DNA from: Catajapyx aquilonaris
Lineage: Eukaryota
NCBI GenBank assembly: GCA_000934665.2
Contig: KZ538430.1
Span: 50,952 to 70,951, forward strand
Direction: 5' to 3'
Length of the DNA: 20,000 bases
The first letter of the stretch is position 1. Each line of letters starts with the position of its first letter. The notes beneath the pieces are model-generated. The model was not told where the DNA came from. It was given only the letters and a program-made list of their open reading frames with translations, and did not search any database. The translations under genes and the position numbers were made by a program. This document shows positions 10,009 to 19,975 of the stretch, piece after piece.

Positions 10009-11189
10009 CTCAAAACATGGAAACATCGTAAATGTCGGATAAAACCTCATTAAAATGGCATAGAATGATACAGATCCCCTCTGCCTAAGTATTACAAGGT
10101 AATGAGGTGACACCTATCCACAAAGCACCCTGAATATTGCGAAAATGTGTCACTTGAGTAATTTTATGGAAACTAGTGTATGTGGATGGCATTCAATGGT
10201 ATTTTTCATCCTTTTTGGCGGGTATAAAGTATAAACCTAAAGGACCTCATGCATTAAGCATACCGTACTAAAAAGGATCCAAAAATTGATTTGTTCGTGC
10301 TTCGGATATGTTGTTGGGGGAGGCAAGTAGGCCCCGTGTGCGAAAGGAGCGGCCTCGATTGGCCGCGGTTAGGCTTGTAGGCCGGTCACGTGACCTAGCC
10401 GTTAAAAAATCACCACGCCCAAACGACTTTGATTTAAGAAATGATTTTTGGCATGGGGGTATCTAGCCTAGTACTATCTAACGCTACTATAGAATTCCAT
10501 CTAGCTCGTCTCTGATTGGCCGAAATAGACAACGAGTGAAAAAGAAGTGTATAGTGCTCTCCCCCATCCTCCTGGCAGACGTGTGAGGCCATGGAGGACG
10601 CGGACGTGGCAACGTCGCTTTCAGAGGGCAGAGGACGGGGGAGGAGCCTAACAGGCCAGGACTCGTGAATCGCATAATATTCACCGAAGACCTTCGTCAT
10701 GTTATTTTTAGATCCACGAACTCCAAGAATGCCTCAAAATAGTATAAAAGGTGGGTAGTAGTACATTTGTGTGAATTATAAGGGTGGTGTTTGGTTGTTA
10801 CTAAATAAAATATAACTCGACGTTCTAGTGGTGCTTTTGATAAGGCAAAGTGTATTTTCTGCAATGGTCCTGCTACATGGAACAGTACCCTCTCCAGAAT
10901 TTCAACTTCAAACGCCAGCAGTAAAATAATAAAATGATAATAATAAAATGCGGATGCAAGAAATTGTGCATGGTGGAGTGCAAGTGTAAAAAAGCTAATT
11001 TGCCGTGCACAGAACTTTGCCAGTGCGGTGGCTGTTGTCAATGGGATATGAGTTAATGTATGTTACACGTATAATGTATAAAGTACAGTTGTTTGTTTGT
11101 TTGTTTCCTTATTTACAACATTCGAGAAGTTGAAGTAGAGTTCTAAGAAATGTTCCAGTGTCTGTTTGTGCCATCAGAATGACTTTAAG

Positions 11190-12045
11190 CCATCTCTCAA
11201 ACGACTCCTACAGACCTAGGGAACATAATATGTGCCAAGCGGTACCTTCTTATCACAAAATGCAACATTAAAAACGCTCAGGTCATCCCCGGGCATGTTG
11301 GCAACACCGCATAACTCGTGACCTAAGGGCCGATCAGTTGCCTGCAACTCTGAAATTGCTCCTATAGGCCTAAGGAACATATGTACCAAGTGGCACCTTC
11401 TTATCCCAAAATGCAAAGTTAAAAATGTTCAAAACGCTAAGGTCCAGGACCAGGCTGGCAACACCGCATAACTCCTGACCTAAGGAGCCGATCAAGTGCC
11501 TCCATCTCTCAAACGACTCCTATAGACCTAGGGAACATGTCTGCCAAGTGGCACCTTCCTATCACAAAGTGCCGAGTTAAAACGCTTAGTTCCCTGATCA
11601 GGTTGGCAACACCGCATAACTCGCGACCTAAGGGGCCGATCAGTTGCCTGCAACTCTGAAATTGCTCCTATAGGCCTAAGGAACATATGTGCCAAGTGGC
11701 ACCTTCTTATCCCAAAATGCAAAGTTAAAAATGGCTCAAAACGCCAAGGTCCAGGACCAGGTTGGCAACACCGCATAACTTCTGACCTAAGGAGCCGATC
11801 AAGTGCCTCCATCTCTCAAATGACTCCTACAGACCTAGGGAACATATGTGCCAAGCGGTACCTTCTTATCACAAAATGCAACGTTAAAAAACGCTCAGGT
11901 CATCCCCGGCCATGTTGGCAACACCGCATAACTCGTGACCTAAGGGGCCGATCAGTTGCCTGCAACTCTGGAATGGCTCCTACAGGCCTAAGGAACATAT
12001 GTGCCAAGTGGCACCTTTTTCTCACAAAGTGCAAGGTTAGGCCTG
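11190..12045 (-). repeat. Right arm: about 5.5 monomers, reverse complement of the left-arm array
   Basis: Same A/B monomers in inverted orientation. ORFs 9731..9925(+) and 11528..11812(-) give near-identical peptides. Confidence 0.93.
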
Positions 12046-12525
12046 ATTTTTGCGCTTAGGGCCGGACTAATGTGGGCTCCAGTTCATATTCCATTGGCTT
12101 GCTTGAGAGGGACAGTGGTGTCAAGTTATATCACCAGTGACTTGACACTGAGAGAAAAACTTTTTACAGGCCTTGGTTCAGCAGTTAAAAACCATTAAGT
12201 TTTGCACCAGTGCATAAGCATGGAAGCAGAGGAGTCTATGGGTGAATCAGTAGTGTGTTAGCAGGCAGTTCTGGAAAATTCAGTCAGGCTGCCATGCTGA
12301 ATGTGTAGCTGTGTACACAGAATTATGTCAGCCTCCAAATAGTCAGGTGGTAATAAGTGTCCGTACTTAATGTAAACCAACGGTCCCGAGCTATTGTCCA
12401 TGAGGTAGATTTTTATGTGTTTTTGTGTGAGGGTAGAGGGAAATTGGAGGGATGGAGGATGGTGGATCAAAGAAGCTGATAGTCAGCATCAGCCCCCGGA
12501 CACTCATATACCCTTCTGCTGTTAT

Positions 12526-12839
12526 CACCTGCCGACGCGTTTTGCCGAAGATGCTCACTTGAGAGCGCCATGAGACATTTCAGTCTCCGGTCAAGTGGCG
12601 ACCCTACCGGACTAGGCTGAACTTGATAGGTACAAAACTAACAAAAGGGAAGCGTTACATTGGTGGACCCAACATGGGCGCCGACGGCCATTTTGGGCCC
12701 GCATGTATAGCGCTTCCCTTTTGTTAGTTTTGTACCTATAAAGTTCAGCCTAGTCCGGTAGGGTCGCCACTTGACCGGAGACTGAAATGTCTCATGGCGC
12801 TCTCAAGTGAGCAACTTCTGCAAAACACGTCGGCAGGGG
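12526..12839. mobile_element. Almost fully palindromic MITE (~314 bp)
   Basis: 12528-12654 pairs with 12711-12837 with 4 mismatches, and imperfect pairing continues to a ~10-nt central loop. Termini are CACCTG/CAGGGG; no clean TSD. Confidence 0.85.
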
Positions 12840-13192
12840 GTGGGTGGGAGTGACCAGACCTTATATTCTATGGCCGTGGTCAGCAAATGTACATTGTGGA
12901 TTAACATAACATTTCTTGCAAAAAATTATATCATAAGTTTGCAACTTTGTATGTATCATAATGAAGTTGGGAAAACTTGCAAAAGTGTGGTTTTCAGAGC
13001 CTGATTTCTCAGTTGTGGATCTAATTAGGCAATAAACTATATGTCACTTTTGCCTGAATATTATTGGGAACACACTCACAATAAAAACCATAGTGATTGT
13101 GGAGCATAGTGATTGTGAGTTCTCAAGCAGTTGGCCTGCAGAAAATTTATTTTATCAATAAAATCCCTTTATGAACAGTTTTGTGTGTGTGT

Positions 13193-13474
13193 GTTTATGT
13201 CTTCAATAAGGTGTGGGGACATTTCTCGGTCCCCACAGTGTTTCACACACACTGTGTACTATTAGAGTGGGGACATATGTAAATTAGTGGGGACATGTCC
13301 CCACTATTTTCAGTTGTAGGGTTTCACAAAAGTCAATTTTTCTCAGCCTAGGTTAGTTAGTGTAGGGTAGGGTAGGTTAGGTTAGGTTAGTTTAGGTTAG
13401 GTTAGTTTAGTTTAGTTTACACTCGCTTCGAAAAGTTGAATTTTCACGTCCCCATGCCTTAGTGAAGACAAGGC
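13193..13474. mobile_element. Unclassified non-autonomous element embedded in TG-repeat sequence, with internal (GGTTA)n
   Basis: 23-bp inverted repeats TGTCTTCAATAAGGTGTGGGGAC (13198-13220) and GTCCCCATGCCTTAGTGAAGACA (13448-13470), 3 mismatches. TG tracts lie on both sides. Multiple GTGGGGAC/GTCCCCAC motifs and a degenerate TTAGG run at ~13350-13418. Confidence 0.7.
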
Positions 13475-13560
13475 TGTGTGGGTGTGCATGTGGGTGTGTA
13501 CAGGTCTTCAATTAGCTCAGGAGACGGAAGTTTGTGTGTTTTTTTGATTTTACTATGGCT

Positions 13561-13722
13561 GTGCGGGGACGTGAGTCCCCACAATTTAATTGTGGGGACA
13601 TTTTCAGGTCCCCACAATTTTAACACACGCTGTGTACTATTACTGTGGGGACGTGAAAAAAATAGTGGGGACATGTCCCCACTATTTTCATGCGTGGGGT
13701 TTCACAAAAGTCCATTTTTCTA
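13561..13722 (+). repeat. Diverged partial second copy of the preceding element
   Basis: 13591-13720 aligns with 13211-13342 (TGTGGGGACATTT..GGTCCCCACA...TAGTGGGGACATGTCCCCACTATTTTCA...GGGTTTCACAAAAGTC). Confidence 0.85.
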
Positions 13723-14785
13723 TTCTTCCTCCCTGCCATCAGTTGCCCAGCTTAGAAAAATTGAGGGGTCTGACATCGAAAACGACCAAGTCCACTGTTG
13801 GGAAGTGTAACACAAATACGTACAGCAATTACGCATTTTAATGGCTCTCTGGATGTTGGGATAACACACATAAGCTCTCCAAAATGGGTACTAGAGGAAT
13901 CTTCGATCCTGGATGGAGATCTCCACAATTCAGATGGAAAAATATGATTCTCATGTTCAAAAAAGAATCCAAGTCTAGCTGTCAATGTGGGCTGACAATG
14001 AAGGGGCGCCAGAATAATATTGCAAGTCTCCTTTCAGCTGCTTGGCTTGTGTCTTTTGAACAACCCTCTTCTTCATAGATAAGATCTTGACATTCTATTT
14101 ACTGATTGGCGAATACATAATATGTAGAATTTCTTTTACAAGTCGCTTCAACAAATTCGTGAAAATAATCCATGCCGATCATCTGCCTTGTTCAGAGCAG
14201 CGTCACTTTCTTCATCCTGTAGGGTGTAGGCTACAAGTCGGGTAGGGGTAGGCCTATCTAGTGAAATAAGTTCTGAGCCCCTTATCCTGAAAGGATTTTT
14301 TGCTTGAAGTAAACTTTACTCAAAGGCAAACTTCTCGAGGAAGGAACTTTGGAAAGAATAAGAATATACTGTTCATGATGACTCTTTTAGCGGTGGGTAC
14401 CTTGAAATTCAGTCAGGAGGCGACTGACCCCAGGACCCAACAAACGAATCCCTGGGAACCTGAAAGAGACCACAAGGTATGCGGTAAGGACACCAGAAAG
14501 CACGTCTACTACTCATTTACGGGTGCATATCCCCATCTATCTCGTTGATCTAAGGGCTTCAGTTGCAATCAAATATGGCGCTGCTCTCTCTGGTCTCAGA
14601 ATGCACGATTCGAGATTTTTAGTGTCGGTTTCAGTGACAGCATCATATACTCGCATAGTATAACTTATCTAAACGATACCTCACATGCCACCCTTTAGGC
14701 GAAAATACCATTAGACATAGCCCAGTATGGTAATTTCAAAACAGCGGTCATAGGTCACAAACTAAACTAGTGACCTTATGACCTC

Positions 14786-15207
14786 CCCTGCAGCAAGCAA
14801 TATGGGGACAACATTGGGGCAACATTGGGTAAGCCGGCGCAACATAGCCCAATATTGCCGATGATCAGCCATGATGTGTATGGGGACATAGGCACTGCGT
14901 AATATCTGGCCAAGATTGCGCCAATATTGAACGCCAGTGTGGGCTAATATGTGAAATATTGGCCGAACATGGCAAGCCATGTTCGCCCAATATTTGCTAC
15001 CTACGTAGCAAGCCATGTTGGGCCCACATGGGCGAAATATTGGCCCATCAGCGCCACCACGCCAACATTTCCATGAGTAAGCCGCCCTTGCGGACATATC
15101 GGCTCCACATTGCCAAGAAATTTAGCCATCTATTTGCCCATATTGCGGATACATCGGCTCCACGTTGGCAAAATGGGCCAGTTGCAGGCAATATTTCGTC
15201 CTGTGGG
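14786..15207. mobile_element. CACTA/EnSpm-like non-autonomous element
   Basis: CCC...GGG termini with imperfect TIR (CCCTGCAGCAAGCAATAT vs CCCACAGGACGAAATAT). The body is packed with CCAATAT/ATATTGG/CCAACAT motifs in both orientations. TSD not resolved. Confidence 0.55.
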
Positions 15208-15854
15208 TGACGTCACCCGCCACACGGCCCGGCCGCTTCTGCCCATCCTGCCTTTCCCACCCTATCGTCCCTCCCCATTCCGGCAATGGGGGAGCCGTCC
15301 CGACAGGAAACACTTATTATAGGACTTATTGTCTCTCACGTGCACGGAGCAGGATGTGAGCAGGTAGGCTGCAACCCTAATTCAGTTTAATTATTGAACC
15401 AATTGTGTTCTTTGAACTTCCTTGCATTACGAGGATTCCTAGTATCACAGATGAAAGGTTTTGTCGGCCAACTGTAGTGCTTTAAATTCACAAACTTTTA
15501 TGCAGTATTGGGCCTGTATATTCTGTAGATTGGTGGTGCAGAGTTATTAGTCACGTACACATGCTTGTTTTGGTGTATATCTTTAGTGTGGCGCAGATAT
15601 TTCAGGTCGCCATCTTTGATGCAGGCGTTGTTATAGCACCTCTATGATGTACGAATGTGCCGCCATCTTTGATTTAGTCTTATTTGAATTTTCAGTTGCT
15701 ACCGTACCTTACAATTTCTATCTGTAATGCATGATGCCCTGCTACTTAATTGTTGTTGTAGTGCGCCTTTATTAATTTCTACATGCGTACTAGACATGTG
15801 TACTCTACATGTGTGCTTTGCATGTGTGCTTACCTTTGCCTCTATTGTAAATTT

Positions 15855-16715
15855 ACCATGATTCTGTTCCAAAGTTGCAATATGTGTGTATGAATTATGA
15901 TGCAATGTGGCAGTGTTTAAGCAAAGCTTTTGCACTTTGTGTATTGACTTTACACTAATTCATGATATTGCCGTAAAAATTGCTGTAATAATTTTTCTCA
16001 TAATACCTACCATAATAATCTTCATAATTTTTCTACAATTTGTTCCCATAATTTTTGTCATCACTTATAGTGAATTTTGCAATACTTTTTGCCATAATTT
16101 TTATAAAATTTTGCCATAAAATACTTCTTCCAAGAATTTTCATAATTTTTTCCATAATTTTTTACCATATTATGTCATAATTTTTGCTAATTTTTGTTAA
16201 TTTTTGCTACAATTTTTCTATGCAATTGACCATATGCTGTTGCAATGTGTTGGCTTTCTTTGTAATAATTTTTGGCATACTTGGAATATTTTAAGCTCCA
16301 TTGTTGCAGTGTGTGCAAGAATTATGATGCATTGTTGCAGTGTTTAAGCAAGACTCTTGCACTTTATGTGCTGAGTTTCCATTAACTCATAATGTTGTGA
16401 AAATTGCCATGATAATTTTGCCCAAAATACCTGCCATTAAAAAAAATTCGCAATTTTTCTCATACTTTTTGTCATAACTTGTAATGAGTTTTGCAATGTT
16501 TTTGTCATAATTTTTAATAATTTTTGCCATAATAATTTTTCATATAAATTTTCCATAATTTTTCCATAATTTTTACCATATTATGTCATAATTTTTGCTA
16601 AAGTTTGTCGTTTTTTCTACATCTTTTTTCTACATCTTTTTACATCTTTTCTGTGCAATAGACCATAATTTGTTGCAATTTGTTGGCATTATTAAAAATT
16701 TTTTTGCATACTTTG
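15855..16715 (+). repeat. Diverged tandem duplication, two ~430-bp units
   Basis: GAATTATGATGCA(A/T)TGT(G/T)GCAGTGTTTAAGCAA occurs at ~15892 and ~16319. TACCATATTATGTCATAATTTTTGCTAA occurs at ~16163 and ~16574. Confidence 0.85.
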
Positions 16716-16956
16716 CAATTTCCTTTGCCAGAATTTGTCTCTAATTTTGCCATGATCTTCACAATTACAGTTTTTGTTAAAAACTTTGCCACGCATTTTA
16801 CAATGACAGTTTCTATTATAAGTTTTGCCTTGATTCTCACATAAGAATTTTTGTAGAATTTTGCCATAGACTATCGTAGTTTTTTGCCATAATTTCTGCC
16901 ATTGCACAATTCTTGCTATAATACTTAATAATTTTTTACATTATGTTGCAAAGTAA

Positions 16957-17107
16957 TTTTGCCATAACTGATCATAATTTTTGCCATAATTTTTGCCATA
17001 ATGTTTGCCATAATTTGTGACTTAATTTTTGCCATCAGTTTTGCCATAATGTTTGCCATAATTCTTACCTTAATTTTTGCCATAAGTTTTGCCATAATGT
17101 TTGCCAC
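16957..17107 (+). repeat. 12-bp minisatellite (TTTTGCCATAAT) with a 48-bp higher-order period
   Basis: Directly visible; it produces the repetitive ORF MANIMAKLMAKIK.. twice. Confidence 0.9.
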
Positions 17108-17363
17108 TGCACAAATTTTGCTGCATTTTTTCGCAATTGTTTTACATTGCTTTCTGATATGTGTTATAGTTCTTATAATCTTGGTGCATATTCTTACAAT
17201 GTTCTTGCAATCTTTGTTAGTTTTTTCTTCCCTACTTTATGTGAAATTTGTCAGTGGGAATGCGTTTCCTTTACTTTTCATTTTGCATTCTAATCGTAAT
17301 GTATGCTGGTTATTATTAGTTTTTTCCTTTTTGTTGTTGTTACAGTACCCTCGGTTGTCACCT

Positions 17364-17431
17364 TAGCAGTATAGTAAGTCGCCTCTGATGAGCTTTATGA
17401 AGCGAAACAGACTGTCAGGCGCTTACTGCTA
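17364..17431 (+). ncRNA. Minimal type I hammerhead ribozyme
   Basis: Core CUGAUGA (17385-17391), stem II GCUU-UAUG-AAGC (17392-17403), GAAA (17404-17407), short stem III AC(AGACU)GU and cleavage triplet GUC (17414-17416). Stem I is CGCCU (17380-17384) paired with AGGCG (17417-17421), extended by UAAG/CUUA and UAGCAG/CUGCUA. Confidence 0.88.
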
Positions 17432-18181
17432 TGAGGGTGCTCCACATTGAGTAATACACATGAGAGTCTGAAAAAAGATGATTAGTTAATTGTCATTTAT
17501 TTGCCGTACCCTGGTATTTTCCTAATAACCTGCCGCCTCCACCTTTATGCTCGTGATGGTACACGGCTCCTTTTTTGATACAGTATCAAACATGATCATG
17601 CACCTCATGCCAATTATTCTCGTTGCATCTATTCATAGTAAGTGATCCTTAGTAAACAGTATAGCCTACAGTATGTAATTTTTGTGTGGAATGGAATGTG
17701 CTTTATTCAAACAAGCAATAAATGAAACCATGACAGCAGCAATCACAGCCTTGTACCCCTGAATCCTATATACTCGAAACTATTACACCTACAATGCTAG
17801 TGACCTTCATAACCTTGACGATTTTGCTGTCAACATTTCCAATGATGCCACTGTACCAAGACTGTACCATCATTTTTGTTTATCTGTATCTAGGAATCTT
17901 GTAAGGTATTGGATGATCTTTAATATCATATAGCATCCTCTCTTGAATTTACCAAATCAGATTCTACCTTTTCTAAGAATCTATTGTGTTGGAATTGTGA
18001 CAGTTTGACCCTCAGCACGTAACTGTTGGTGGGTGGGACCCAGCCTTCCCCTCCCAGCGCTATGAATAGTGCTGTGTGGCTAACAATTAGCAATTTATAT
18101 TGCAATTAAAGTGTTGCATATATTATTATTTATGAAATATTTATGACATTCTTGTTGATGTCACCAAACGCCTGTTTGTTC

Positions 18182-18255
18182 CCCCAAATAAATCTTGTAA
18201 CACCTTTTTGTATGAATATATTCATACAAAAAGGAGTTACAAGATTTATAAGGGG
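18182..18255. repeat. 74-bp spacerless palindrome
   Basis: 37-bp arms centred between 18218 and 18219, with 3 mismatches and CCCC...GGGG ends. Confidence 0.92.
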
Positions 18256-18296
18256 TATGTTTTACAGCTTTATTTTTGCCCTGTATCATTGTGATA

Positions 18297-18332
18297 CCCC
18301 CCGCCCCCCCCCCCCCCCCCNCCCCCCCCCCC
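18297..18332. repeat. Poly-C tract containing an ambiguous base
   Basis: About 35 nt of almost pure C with one g and one n. Confidence 0.9.
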
Positions 18333-18456
18333 AACCCATACTGTATTGGCTGATCGGGGTAACTATTAATTCCGGTGTATGAAGAGTTATTGTGGATTCT
18401 AATAAATAGCTGGTTGTGGAAAATAATTTGTTGTCATATTCCATTCAGTGTATCTA

Positions 18457-18842
18457 CCTAGCAAAACAGTACCATATGGGGAATATCGAGATAGGTTGTG
18501 CCCAAATTGCATCAATTTTGGTGCCCAATAATCCCGCAGCATTGCCTGCCAATATTGGACATATATCGTGGCAATTGCAGCGGCCAACGTTGCACCAATG
18601 AGGGTGGGCAATGATGTCCCAATATGGGTTTTCCAACATTGGCTCCATGTTGGGGTTGCCCATATTGGGCCATGTCCGTCTGCCAATATTGGGATATATC
18701 GAGAAAAGTTGCAGCGGCCAACGTTGCACCAATGATGGTGGGCAATGCTGGCCCATTAATGGTTTCCATGTTGTAGCCAATATTGCCCCAATATAGATTG
18801 CTGATGGCGGGCTCCTGCATGTTACCTATCGTCTTAGCGGGC
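18457..18842. mobile_element. CACTA/EnSpm-like non-autonomous element with an internal 134-bp-period duplication
   Basis: Same CCAATAT/ATATTGG/CCAACATTGG motif richness as 14786-15207. 18547-18635 is repeated at 18681-18768. Ends are CCTAGCAAAAC ... GTCTTAGCGGG, a weak TIR. Confidence 0.5.
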
Positions 18843-19554
18843 ATCTTAGCGACCTCGAATTATGCGGAAATGACACCAAAATTGCCATGGAGAGGCAATT
18901 TGGAATTTTCAAAAAAAAATATGACCATTTTTTTTCAAAATGGACACTATTTTGACCCCACAAGGTCAAGGGTCAGGGTGCTGCAGGTCAAATTGATCGT
19001 CTTAGTCTATGGAACGTATATGTGCAAACTGGCTTGCTTTCTGCAAGAATTTGCAGCATTTTACCGTTTTTCCAAGTGTACCGCTTATATACCAGCACGA
19101 TGGCACCGCGCTATCAAATATTTTGAGTTTTTTAACAGATGATTACACAAATATGCCAGGGATATCGTTGTAAAGATGAGAATGCGCGGATAACAAAGCT
19201 CCGTGTGAAACAAAACCTTCGGTTTAAATTATTCCGAATAAAAAAATCTAAAGTTACTGGACTACAACTGTAACCAATGAGAATATGCATAAACGTAGGG
19301 GTAAGCTCCAGTGGCTGCTCCGAGCACACACAATGGGACACACATTGATGGATCTATTAACACAACAAATCAATAAAAAATGTTGATTTAAAATATTCAG
19401 TTATTTTGGTAGAATATTAGAAGATTGTAAAACTTTCCACTTATTGCAAGCAATCTATAATATTAAAATCATACGTTGTTTGACAGAGCCCTCTGATTGG
19501 TCCGCAGCATATTGTTGTTACCGCCGCTTCCTATAGCCTCTGATCCACGCATGC

Positions 19555-19700
19555 GCCATGGGGTGTAAACTACGTCTCTACCTGGCTGGAAGTTGTCCCA
19601 GTCTTCGTGGCAATATTTGCTTGTGAAATTGCGGCGCATACCTTGCATCGCATTTTTTTTTTTTTTAAAGAGACCGAAAAATGCAGCAAGGTCACATTTT
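19555..19700 (-). pseudogene. Degenerate BED zinc-finger fragment (probable hAT transposase N-terminus relic)
   Basis: Translates TLLHF...KMRCKVC...IATKTGTTSS, then after a frameshift RSLHP. This follows the BED pattern WxHF...CxxC...GTTSxLxxHLxxxHP with the W and first H lost. Confidence 0.55.
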
Positions 19701-19975
19701 TGCAAGTGTACGATGATAATGAATTTTGTGGTTTTGAATTTACCATCATCAAGTAGTAGTGGTAGTAAAATACAGTAGTATAGATGGGTCGGTGAACGAA
19801 CGCAATCGGGTGCCCAATTTTATTACAGGAATTACATTACGAACTGTATTCCGACCTGTCATAAAATTGGCCATCTGCTTGCGTTCGTTTGCCGACCCAT
19901 CTATAATAATCACATGCACATATCATCATTCCCTCGTTATTTTCTGGCACTCATCTTCTGGGTTATGCTGTGATG

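Larger units (their letters stand above)
9394..12069. mobile_element. Non-autonomous foldback DNA transposon, Academ-like (2676 bp)
   Basis: Termini TAGTCCGG(G)CCCTAAGCGC ... GCGCTTAGGGCCGGACTA and a 3-bp TSD ATG (9391-9393, 12070-12072). Long inverted arms surround a ~1.2-kb unique core. TAG...CTA ends with a 3-4 bp TSD fit Academ; the superfamily assignment is inference. Confidence 0.8.

Noticed and set aside
9416..12045. CRISPR-like array
   Set aside because: Whole monomers are homologous with no unique spacers, the context is eukaryotic and there are no cas genes.
12545..12572. Hammerhead-like CCGAAGA-tGCTC..GAGC in the palindromic MITE
   Set aside because: The core has C instead of U, lacks GAAA after stem II, and the other arm does not preserve it.
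13234..13256. Facing RSS heptamers CACAGTG...CACTGTG
   Set aside because: Only 9 nt apart, no TSD, and not conserved in the second copy at ~13613-13635.
15272..15295. Helitron 3' hairpin (CTCCCCATT-CCGGC-AATGGGGGAG)
   Set aside because: No downstream CTRR terminus at the expected distance and no identifiable 5' end.
18845..19090. Possible right-end fragment of another Academ-like element
   Set aside because: Composition is suggestive only; no matching TIR or TSD was found in the window.
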